This document shows positions 25,201-36,000 of a DNA stretch of 64,000 nt, one piece after another. Positions within the stretch are counted from its first letter, which is position 1, and each line of letters starts with the position of its first letter. A program made the translations under genes and the position numbers. The stretch is from Antedon mediterranea. Lineage: Eukaryota; Animalia; Echinodermata. Under the pieces are notes generated by a model, which saw only the letters and a list, made by a program, of their open reading frames with translations, was not told the DNA's origin and made no database searches. Location of the stretch: positions 31,812,437 through 31,876,436 of the forward strand of contig NC_092672.1 of NCBI RefSeq assembly GCF_964355755.1, written 5' to 3'.

Positions 25201-28200
25201 ACAAACCCCAGTGGAATCGCACAACGAGATCTAACGTAAAAAACTTTCAGATGTGCAGAGACTAAGTTTTGTACGAGAACATGATGATCATGAATAGTTT
25301 CTTTGTGATTATACAGTACTAAGAGAGTCCGATAAAACTTATACAACTATGCCCATTTATACAATAAATTTTGCATTTTTTTCAAAGTGTCTTAAAGTTA
25401 ATAAACATTCTGATGATTGCTGTCCCAGTGTACTGTATGTTTGAATAACATAATTTCCGGCCACACCTAAAATTGATGTCAAGAAGATATCCTGCAACAC
25501 CCAAATTAACGTCACTCCAGAAGTTATCCTGCCACACCCAAAATTGATGGCACTCCAGAAGATATCATGCCACACCCAAATTGACGCCACTCCAGAAGAT
25601 ATCCTGCCACACCTGAATTTGATGCCATTCCAGAAGACTACCAGTCACAACTGAAAATGATGCCATTCCAGAAGATATCATGTCACACCCAAAATTGATG
25701 CCACTCCAGAAGACTTCCGGTCACAACTAAAATTGGCGCCACTGCAAAAGATATACTGCCACACCTGAATTTGATACCACTTCAAAAGACTCCCTGCCAC
25801 ACAAAAACACTACTCCATACACCTATTACCTAAAACCAGATTCTTACAACAATTGATTTGAACGTCAGGTTGGTTAACCTATCTATCCTTATCTATTGCC
25901 ATCTTACTACCAACACACCCAGAAAAACTTTTGTTTAAACACATTGCATTGTTGCAAACAAAAACTAGTTCAAACAACATAGAAATTCTAACTAACTTCA
26001 CAAATAAAATTATTACAGTACTAGCCAACTGTGGGATATGATAGCTTGTAGTGTAAATGTTAAAATTCCATAAAAATGTATGGAAATGATGATCAATTAT
26101 AGAAATTACACCAACATGAATAGAGTGTAACACGCAAACGTGCGCTATTTTCCTACGCCCTTGTGCAGCTAAGCGCGTGATAACAACAATACAAACCGTC
26201 ACTTTTTTCTTCTTGCAGTAAGATGACCAAGACTGTGGTTCGAGAATCAGTTGACCCCCAGGTCGAAGGGCAAGAAAGATACGCCTGAACATCCTCTTTA
26301 GACCAGCGTCTCCCCAATTTAAGTGAACCCACTTTGTCATACTGAGACACATGATGACATCATACTCTGGCTTTTGCGTCGACAAATATTCATCTTTCTC
26401 CAAAACAAAATTTGCCTAAAAAATAATTGAAACATCTATATGAATAAAATATAAACCACTTGTTGTTTCAATGAAATAATAATATTTTATAGCTTAAAGA
26501 CCCCTTCCCTGCAATTTTGGACGTTTTTTGGAAAATAATACATATATATCACTTTAAAAACATTAAACCATGTCATTCCTTGTCTTAAATGTACGTTTTA
26601 TGGTAAATTATGATAAAAAGTGAGAAACAATGCACTACCTAAGTAGCTCGCGGCGATCGACCTCTCGTGGACGGTCTTAGGCCTAGCCTAGCTAGGCTTA
26701 GTTTTGTAGGCCTAGCTGGTAAACATCGGTAACGTACGAACATCGTACGCGAGCTATATACCTAGCCTGGCGTTGTATAGTTGCTGCATTAATTGTCTTT
26801 CTATTTTTGCCAGACTCAGTTGATACAAATTGGGGAAAACCCGGTATTTTCGCTGAAAAGTTAGGAGTCTTCCATTTGTTTTGGCCTCACGATCGATCGA
26901 AAAGTGGGCGAATTACAGGTGAAAAACAAAAATATCAATCCGCGCGCAATGCATTTTGGGATTTATAGCGGGCCGCTATAATTATTAGAATCGACTTATT
27001 TTTCACATTTTTAACCGTTTAAAGACGAAAAAAGTTATCGCAATAGGACCATATAGTATTATTTTTACATTAAATATAGTTTGTGATCTTAAATTAGATC
27101 TAAAAAACGTAGGGAATGGGGCTTTAAGGAATGTTAGTACAGTAATATATTGCATGTAATCACTACAAGCAGCCTGACTACAAGGTACTATAGTATAAGA
27201 AAAGTGGGTTTCAATTTCTAGAATCTCACTAACAAAATAAAAACTTATAACAATATCTATACAAAATCAATCCAATATTTCTTCTGTATTAGCCAGGTCA
27301 ATAAAACTTCAATAGGCGTTCTCCAATCAAGGAGGCTCAATGATGGGTCTTTCTCTTCCACCAATAGCAAGGCAGGTTAGGGCTTGTTTATAATAGTTAA
27401 TAATAGTAGTGAACTATGAACCTAATCAATAAGGGATCCTCTCTAGCACAGCAGCTTTCCGAAAAACAAGGTGTCCCTGAATGTGTTTATAGGGACACAC
27501 TAATCAATTATAGAACAATAATATGGTTAAGTGCTTAAATGTTAAAGTATAATACTGTAATACCAAGGTAATAATTAAAAACATATGATCAGTCAAGAAA
27601 TACTACATATAGAAAAATTCAACAATATAAAAAAAGCTGTTAGCAAACTGCCGTGAAATACTTACACATCTAAACATAACATTTGCTGGAAAACGCGGAC
27701 TTGATGCATCCCCAACAGAAACGTTCGGTAACTCTTTCACAGGACCCAATGTCGACGTCAAAGCATCAGGAAATTGTCCGCCATCTTTCGTCTTCATTTC
27801 GTTTTTTTCTTTGTCAATTAGTAGACACTGTTTTATGTTTTTTCGTGCGATGCCTATCAAATTACTATCAATGTCAATACCGGTGATTTTTGATGGAGAT
27901 AAATTTTTCGCGATATACAGCGTTACGTGCCCCGTGTTGCATCCAATGTCTAAACACGCTTTCCCTTCAAACCATTCCTTGCGGAAAAGTACCAACCTCA
28001 CATCCTCTTCTTCCGCATTTCGGTATCCATAATAGCGCGTATAATTACCATATTGAAATTTCTTGTTCTGTTCTTTAAATTTTTGATTTTTTTTGGGTTG
28101 TTGTTGTTTATCTTTACTGTTCTGTCGGCGGTATTTTGATTTCTCTGGTGAAATTTTTCTTCGTTTATTATCAGTTTTTGAAGTAACATCATCGGTTTCT

Positions 28201-29075
28201 ATCAATAAAGCTTTGGCTATTTTATTCGTAGGCTCAACTCGTTTTCGTTTTCTACTTTTTACAGTCTCTGGAAGAACAGGTGAAACTATTTTGTCGATAA
28301 CTCTGTTTGGTACAACATAAATTCTTGATGCAGTGTCTAAATTTAGTTCTAACATTCTTCGTTTCGAGCGGTCAGATATTTCATCGTCGTTTTTATCTCT
28401 TGATAATCTCTTCTTTTTCTTTCCCGATCCAAATTTACGAGAAAATATTGTTGTAGTTAATTGCGGTTCTTCATCCTCAGCTGTAACAGAGTTCAATTTT
28501 AATGGGTCCGTAATATCGCGTGGGATGATAACTGGATCGGGATCTTTGTTCAACTGGGGTAACGGTGAAGTGGCTGGTGTCTTCTCATCAACCTGATTGG
28601 CTAAACTATTTAAATTTAACGGATCGTGAAGATTTCCACCAAGAAGAAATTTTGTTGGACAAATCTTTTCTGTTGTTCTTCGTCTTTTTCTAATAAAACC
28701 TGGGTTTTTGGAAGGGTAGTGCAAACTTTGCCGTTTTGACCGAACCCTGTTCGTGTTGTTATTATACGGAACATTTCCTTTTGTATTCTCGTCGTGTTTC
28801 TTTAAACGCACATCTTTATTATCACATTTTGTTCGTGAATCATGGTTTGTAATTTCGGAGGCATTCTCCTCTAAACCTTTTAATTTCTCGCATAACTGCC
28901 TTGGCAAAGAATCAGAGACCATCCCTGGACCAACTTCTGAAGAGTGTCTCTGCCTCGTCGTCTCTCTCGAACAACTGATCACTTCTCCAGAAAAATGATC
29001 ACTTTTTGAACATGAGTCAACAGCCCTAATTCCGTTTAGGGAACTTTGAGTTTCTACGGAAGCCATTTCTAACAT
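19221..29075 (-). CDS. MEPCE: 7SK snRNA methylphosphate capping enzyme (Bin3/BCDIN3 family), ~614 aa
   Basis: Coding exons 29075-27666, 26415-26197, 20985-20862 and 19312-19221 (1845 nt, GT-AG). Motifs include [39 protein letters not shown], the SAM-binding [43 protein letters not shown] and [10 protein letters not shown]. An alternative ATG lies at 29066. 5'UTR acceptor at 29272-29273 and upstream donor at ~29394. Confidence 0.95.
19407..19592. mobile_element. pogo/Tc1-like MITE (CAGTAGA... termini, GGGACAC subterminal repeats)
   Basis: TA|CAGTAGAGCTCTATT ... AGTCTACTG. Related fragments lie near 50-200, 1046-1170, 7010-7085, 12145-12355, 23095-23300 and 39130-39260. Confidence 0.55.
20241..20393. 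mobile_element. MITE family 1 copy with expanded internal TACCATATTTGGATATAT repeat
   Basis: Left TIR intact and the internal 21-bp unit tandemly expanded. Confidence 0.7.
20493..20810. mobile_element. Palindromic MITE
   Basis: TIR TGCACTTGTCAATTGTATGAC ... GTCATACAATTGACAAGTGCA. A related fragment lies at ~12170-12310. Confidence 0.65.
21900..22462 (+). mobile_element. Probable 3' end of a non-LTR retrotransposon
   Basis: Small hairpin CAGC-TAAG-GCTG, then AATAAA, (TGAAA)n and a poly(A) tract of ~24 nt. The left boundary is uncertain and no RT motif was recognised. Confidence 0.4.
23763..23901. mobile_element. MITE family 1 copy
   Basis: Both TIRs present with TTA TSD. Confidence 0.8.
24606..24871. 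mobile_element. Tigger/pogo-like MITE
   Basis: TA|CCGTATATCCTCTGGTATAATCCCAC ... GTGGGATTATAACCGAGGATATACAG|TA. Confidence 0.75.
25455..25805. repeat. ~38-39 bp minisatellite in MEPCE intron
   Basis: About 9 units of GCCACACCCAAATTGATGCCACTCCAGAAGATATCCT. Confidence 0.85.
26498..27123. mobile_element. Kolobok-like non-autonomous element (TTAA TSD, AG..CT ends)
   Basis: TTAA|AGACCCCTTCCCTGC ... GTAGGGAATGGGGCT|TTAA. A truncated inverted homologue lies at ~41089-41455. Confidence 0.7.
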
Positions 29076-29394
29076 AACTATTTACATTATCTTAAAATAT
29101 AGTTCATAATCACCGATTGAAAAATGTAAACACACGAGGTTCTTGTTGACGAAAAAGGTCACGTCCCACTTATTTGCATAAAATATGCAATGTGTGACAG
29201 CAGCTGCCCAGATCGAGCCCAATCTGTTCCAGAAGCTCTGCGCCACACAGGCTTACAGTCTCGCTATGATTCTGAAAATATACACAAGAATTATTATTGA
29301 AATAAAAGTTGTGATACTCGTTTTTCTGTTAGTGTAATATCTTGATCTAAAAACTAGGGAAAGTATGAAAACTTTGCCTTTGGAACCTACTCAC

Positions 29395-29687
29395 TACCTC
29401 GCTACTCTCAACACGCTCTGTTCTCTGAGACCGTTCTCGTCTCGCTTTCTTTTGACGAAAAATAATCGTTTTGTCATCTCCAGTTTTTTAAGCGCCCTCT
29501 ATATTCACGTGGGAGATTCAACTTTTTTCACTCTTTTTTTTTCAGAGCAGCAGACGTCGTACGCATACGGCAGACTGCAACAGAAACTTTCGGTAAAAAA
29601 GGCGATTTATACAAGAGACCAGAGTCTATAAGCACTTTCAACTTCAATCTCTTTTTTTAAAAGAATACTGTATACCGACTGTCACGT
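29395..29687. promoter_or_regulatory. Bidirectional promoter and non-coding first exons of MEPCE (-) and ZCWPW1 (+)
   Basis: A minus-strand donor GTGAGT at 29394 and a plus-strand donor GTAAGT at 29688 lie <300 bp apart. The matching acceptors are at 29272 (-) and 29974 (+). Confidence 0.65.
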
Positions 29688-30020
29688 GTAAGTTGATTAC
29701 AAAATGATTTACTGTACTTTATTTACTTTATTTACTGGGCCGCGTGGAGGTCACCACCCAGGCCAAACCATCAGAACAGGAAGAGAGGGAGGAGGAGAGG
29801 GCTGGGACCTGACTCGGGGGGAGGAGAGAAGAGGCGGATCGATGGATCGGAGAGCAACTCCGTTTTTTTTTCTCTAAATATAGGCCTAGCCCTAGGCCTC
29901 CTGTGGTTGGGGAACAGGGGTGTGGCATTAATTTGTCGCTTTGTCGTTAAAATATTATATTCATTGTCTTTCAGTTTTCAATTAATGAACTGCAAGGGCC
30001 TAGCCTAGGCCTATTACAAA

Positions 30021-33000
30021 ATGCTGTCAACTGAACAATATGCAAGTCTTGCCAAAAAAGCTGTCGAAAGTGCAAGAAAGGATCTGGCTGAATGGGATTG
30101 CGGCGAGCAAAGTACTACCACCAGTAGAGGTAGTACTAGGCTACTAGTATTATTAGGCCTAGGCCTAAAAAGGCTCTAGACTAGGGCCTGGCCCTAGACC
30201 TAGGATAGATTGTATGTTGGAGGGTTTGTGTCAAATTGAAGATGTAAAAACATACTAATTTTTTTTTATTAATAATAATATATATATTTTTTTTTTGATC
30301 CAATTTTTAGTAAACTTGAAAAACTATTGCGACATTATAAATTGGCATAGCCTAGGCCTATTCAACAAAAGAAATCTTACACATTTATTTTTCATGATAA
30401 TAATTATTAATATCTTTAACTAAATTTATAAAATAAAAATCTTTAAAAAAAAGGGATTGTCAAATAAAAATGTCATTTAATCAAATTGGGCATTTGAGAG
30501 AAATGGATTTTGAAGAAACATGCCATCAACATAATAGAAATTGTAGACTATTTTATTTTAGAGGCAGATTCTGATGTTAAGAATAATGTTAATAATCCAG
30601 TAGTCATGAAGAAATCCATAGACGTCACAGAGTATTATGAAGATGTTAACAACATGGACCTAAGCCAGCTGTAAGTGTTCGTGTCATGTACATTTTGATC
30701 GATACATTTACTCCTTATTTTAGGCCTAATGTATACTTTATAAATTTTGATTGTTAATTATTATATTACACAATTACACCATTTTCAGAAAACACTAATT
30801 TAAGGACATACTTGTTAGGTCTCCTTAAAGCGTGGTTCCCACTAGCGACGCAACGCAAGGACGTAACGCAACGCAAGTGAATTGACCAATCACAAGCGAT
30901 GGCTTATTCGCTTGTGATTGCTAACTGTCTATAACTTCGCTTGTCATTGGTTAAAACGCTTGCGTTGCGTTTACGTCCTTGCGTTACGTTCTAGTGGGAA
31001 CCAAGCTTTAGCGGTTCTATTGTATATGCTCTTTACAATACAAGATAATTTTCCATTCAAAAGCAGCTAATAAGGCTTCTATCAAATATGTACCAAATAG
31101 CTCTAATTATTTACAACTAATTAGCTGGCAAATAAGTGTAAAGCATAGTACCTCTTTATTGTCATAATCATTGCTAATTAATATAAACATATCCAATTGT
31201 ATAAATTTAGTTTTAACACACACAAAAGCTAGGCCTAGTAACAATTGCAAGCCAATGCCCTGCAATGTTATTTTTATAAATCTTTAGAATTGCTGCAGAA
31301 CTTGAAACACCTTTAATGAGTGATGACGATGATGATATGGGGGACATGTCATTCCCTAAGTTGATATCATACAAGGAAACTAATATGAGACCACCACAGA
31401 TGATGAACTACCCTACCAAGGTAGCCAAGGTGCATCAACCAAATGGTAACAATTTAATTAATACATACTTTTATTAAATCAATTGACTTCCTCTTCCAAT
31501 GAGTTAGGGACTTTCACTCATTCCAAGCTGCTACGTCATCTCTCCACTTCATTAAGCTCTGTCTGCACTATCAAACTTTATGCGACAAAAAATTTCATGT
31601 GCCCATATATGGACATGATGATGTCATATTACTACCATATTTGGCTATATCACTACCATATTTGGCACGTCACACTTTTTTGATAGTGTAGGCGGAACTT
31701 AACTTTTCTACCTCCAAATTCTTGATAATCTCTCTCTCACCTTCAGGTTGTTAATGTGTGGATGAGTTAAGTGTATGAGTGATTAAAGCAGGCACACTGC
31801 AGCCTACATCCATAAAATTGGTGCAGGTTAACGGCTGTCCTCGTCCATAGTTCTGGTGGTGGAACACAGTGTACACATATGGCTTGGGTGCACTTTAAAG
31901 AACCCAGGACATATTTTATGATGAGTAGGTGTTATGGTTGAAATTCATCCCCTAATGATGTTAATAGCAGTTATGGGGCCTGCTGTTTCTATCAGGATTA
32001 ACCTGCACACAATCTCAGTATAGCTTCATTTGAGCTGTAAAGCTCTGTGTACACTATCAAGCTATTTTGACAAACAAAATGTGATGTCCCCAAATATGGT
32101 AGTGATATGATGCCATCGTATCCATATATGGGCACATCACATTTTTTTGTCACATAAAGTTTGATAGTATTGACAGAGCTTAAAAGTATTACAAGTGTAC
32201 ATTATGTGTATACATACATCCTTTTTATTAGGAAAGTCAAACAAAACATTCAACCCTCCAAAGAACAAAAAGATGAAACACTCTACCAGCTCAATGCCAA
32301 GACCATCCAAACAGGAACTAATTAACAACCACATCCAAAGATCAAAGCAGCAAAAGAGGCAAAACACCAGCAAAACACAAGAATTTAAAAGACCCAAGGA
32401 GAAGTTTCAATCCATGCTAGATGCGTTCAAGCAGCGAGTGATCCCAGAGCGTGGTGTATGGGTTCAGTGTATGCGTACAGGCTGCAACAAATGGCGTTAC
32501 CTATCTGATGTCACAGACCCATCAACCGTACCGGAGTTGTGGTCTTGTGACCAAAATTCAGGTATAGAAAGTTCATGTACTATAAATGAATTTGTATATT
32601 AAAGATACATTGTCTCCTGGAAAAAATATTTTTTTAAATATATTTGTTGAACATGATATTCCATAATAGAATGGATAATAAATAATAATAAAAACTGGAT
32701 CGAAAAAATATTTACCTGAAAAAACTCTAATTTAAAGCTCAGGTACAGACATGAATTTTAAATATAATATTTGGTTAATTGTACATAAATAAAATATTTG
32801 TAACAGAAATCAAGATGAAAAAATATGAATTTCCCTTAATATGGTCAAATACAAAATTTGACAAAATTCTTCTATAAAAACCAAGACCTTTTTTCAGTAG
32901 TTAGGTAGTTAACTTAATGTAATAACATGTCTGGTGACTCCCTAGAAGGTGAAAAAAGATGGTGGATATAGGGTGGATACTTTTTGCTATAGCATGAAAA

Positions 33001-36000
33001 TAAAAATCTGAAGTTAAATAAAAATATCAGAAATGTAATATTCAAGTTATATTACCTATTTTAGTCATCTGATAACATTTTTTACCACACCGTTTATTTT
33101 TCATAGCTTTTTAAAATGCCTCTCTATTTACAAAATTTGTGTACAAAAGAATAGAGATTTTACTGTGTAATTTGAACTATCCCCCCACTGATAAGAAAGT
33201 GCTTATTTTCAACAAGCTTGTGTAACATAAATAAAATTCCAAAAATTATGAAACATATAAAACTATAGATCGACAATTATTGGAATGTATGATCAATAGA
33301 AATTTTTTGCCCGCACCTGGCCTTTAAAGCAAAAAATTATAAAATTGGCTATCATGTCAGTGGGTTTTGGCTGAATTTAACTGTTTGTTTTTTTCGGTGA
33401 AAGTTATTAACCTGATTAAAACTACAAAATAACCTATTCAAAATCTGATTTATTAACCTTCATTTTTCATGTTTTTTGAGGCCAATAATACATCTTTTGG
33501 AGTAAGACTGCCCTGTGTGTAACCCCTACATATTGGGCTAAAAAAACGTATAATTTGAATAGTTTTTACATATGAAAATGTTTTATTTTACGCCAGATGT
33601 CATGTACAATACATGCGATAAGCCTGAAGTTGATTGGAAAAATGTGGAGCAGCAGCAGGGATTTGTTGATACTAAATTCACTGTTGGAACGATTGTTTGG
33701 GCTAAGCTTGCTGGATATCCATGGTAAAAACATTACCTTAAGTTTGTCTGCAAATCCTGTAAGCAATATTTATACACTAATACAGAATAGAGATAGATTC
33801 AAGGTGGGAAACATGGATCAAAATACAATGTAAAAGATAGGACATAATAGTTCAGCACTACACTCAAATTGCAATTTGCAGGCTCTATTTCAAAATCATA
33901 GATTTAACCACTGATAAATGATATTGTTGTTTTTAGAAACTCTTTGTAAGAATATATATATATATCTTTCAGGTGGCCAGCTATGGTAGAGGAAGACCCA
34001 AATGTTGGAGAATATTTTTGGCTCGTTGATACATGGAGAACCAATCCAGTAAGTTTTGCCGGCCAAAATACATATGCAAAAATACATTTTAGTAGAAATT
34101 AATTATTGTTACTATAATATCTCGCTATTCTTTTTCAGACCGACTATCATGTGGTGTTTCTTGACAAGAACATTTCTCGTGCTTGGGTCAATAGATCATT
34201 CATTAAAATATTCTCTGGTCCAAACCAGAATTTAAGATGTGTAAGTACACTACACTAATTCACAGTCTGTTCAGACTTTTGTAAAATACTGGCATTCCTG
34301 TATAATATAGTGATTTGTTATAATACGCAAGTAAGTTGAAGATAAAGTATGGGTGGGTGATATGTTTTAAAATTCTATGCTGGTCTTGCTTTAGACTGTA
34401 TAAAGTTCTGTCTACACTATCAAACTAGTTTGATGTGCCCAAATATGGTAGTGATATGATGTCATCATGTCCATATATGGGCACATCTTTTTTTTGTTAC
34501 ATAAAGTTTGTGGATGTGTCCACCATGCATATCCATGAATGTTGCATCAATAAGATGCATCGATATGATACCATGAATATATACTATTTTCAGGTGAAAG
34601 TGAAAGGAAAGCTATTCCATCAACTAGAAGAAGCTAAATTGACAGCAGTAAAGGCCAAGACTCTTCCAATAAAGGTAAAAGATCTTTAAAAACAGAGATT
34701 GAGAATCACACTGTACCAATACCAAAATACATGTGGTATTATACTTTACAATACACAATCCTGTATAGTTTTCAGGGAAACAGGCCCTATTTATATATCT
34801 TGAAATATAACCATAAGATCTTCACATTTTAATTCCTAAGTATCTTATCTTGTATTTTAGGAACGTATCGCAGCTTACGGATTCAGTTCTCATTACACAG
34901 GCAGATGGGGTGGAGCCGATCGCTCACTTGTAAAAGGTATTTTGTTTTTAAAGACAATCTTACAGCGCTATAAGACCAAAGTCTATTTGAACAACTTTTA
35001 AAGATGTATTGTCCCCCAAAATCATGAAAAATAAAGATGTTTAAAATCGGACTTTGAATAGGCCATTTTGCAGTTTTAATGAAGTTGTTCACTTCCATAA
35101 GAAAAAAAAACGGGGGGGAAAATTATTTCACCTATAAAAAGACAAAATAAACAGTTAAATTACCCAAAAACTCATTGTCTTCCAGACAATTTGACAATTT
35201 TTTGCTTTAAATTACATTTTTCTCAGGTAAATAAATTTTTTTCAGACCCAATTTTTTGTGAGAGTGAATAACTATTATGTGACATTAAAATAACATATTC
35301 AACAAAAAAATATTTTTTTAGGGGGACAATATATCTTTAAGTTTAAAGAAGGAACTTAAATTGTGACTTGGAAATGACGGATGTAACATGGAAGCTGATT
35401 CCAGACAGTAATAAAAACAAGTGTATATGTACAACCTAGAGTTCAATTTCACATAGCATTATTGTTTTTTGTATTAATAGGTTTAATAATTGTCTTTTTA
35501 AATTTTCTATTTTTAGAATTTGAGCGCAAGTGGCCTGGTCATGGAAAGGTGGGTACAATTGATACATTAGAGGAGAAAGAAGATGAGGAGGAAGACGATG
35601 AGGAGGACGTTGAGACGGAAGAGGAGATTGCTCCTAGTCAAAGAGTGAAACATAAAAAGGACAACACAATGAAAATGGAAAAACAGAGAAAAAGAAAGCG
35701 TGCCAGAAGTGATGGTATCAAACCAAAAAAGAGTAAAACGGATAATGAAAAAACAAACGAAGGGAACAGTAAACTGGATGAAATAGACAAACCAAATGAT
35801 GTGTACGAGTTTGCTGATAACTCATTAAATGAAGAGGATGTAGAAAAGCAGACTGATGATAATAATTTAGATAACTGCTTAACTGTAGACAAGTCGAATG
35901 ATAAAAGTGATGTAGGCATGAATGAACATGAGAAAGATGATCTGGATAAAGAACAGAAAGAGAAGCAACAAATAACTGAAGATACACCTGAAAACACTGA

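Noticed and set aside
25455-25805. 38-bp repeats considered as a CRISPR array or hidden exon
   Set aside because: A contiguous degenerate minisatellite with no spacers and no maintained reading frame.
25879-26196. C-terminal extension of the 174-aa ORF beyond the MEPCE exon 2 donor
   Set aside because: Intron read-through: homology stops at the GT donor (26196) and resumes in exon 20985-20862.
27683-28998. Several plus-strand ORFs
   Set aside because: These are antisense shadows of MEPCE exon 1 with no recognisable domains.
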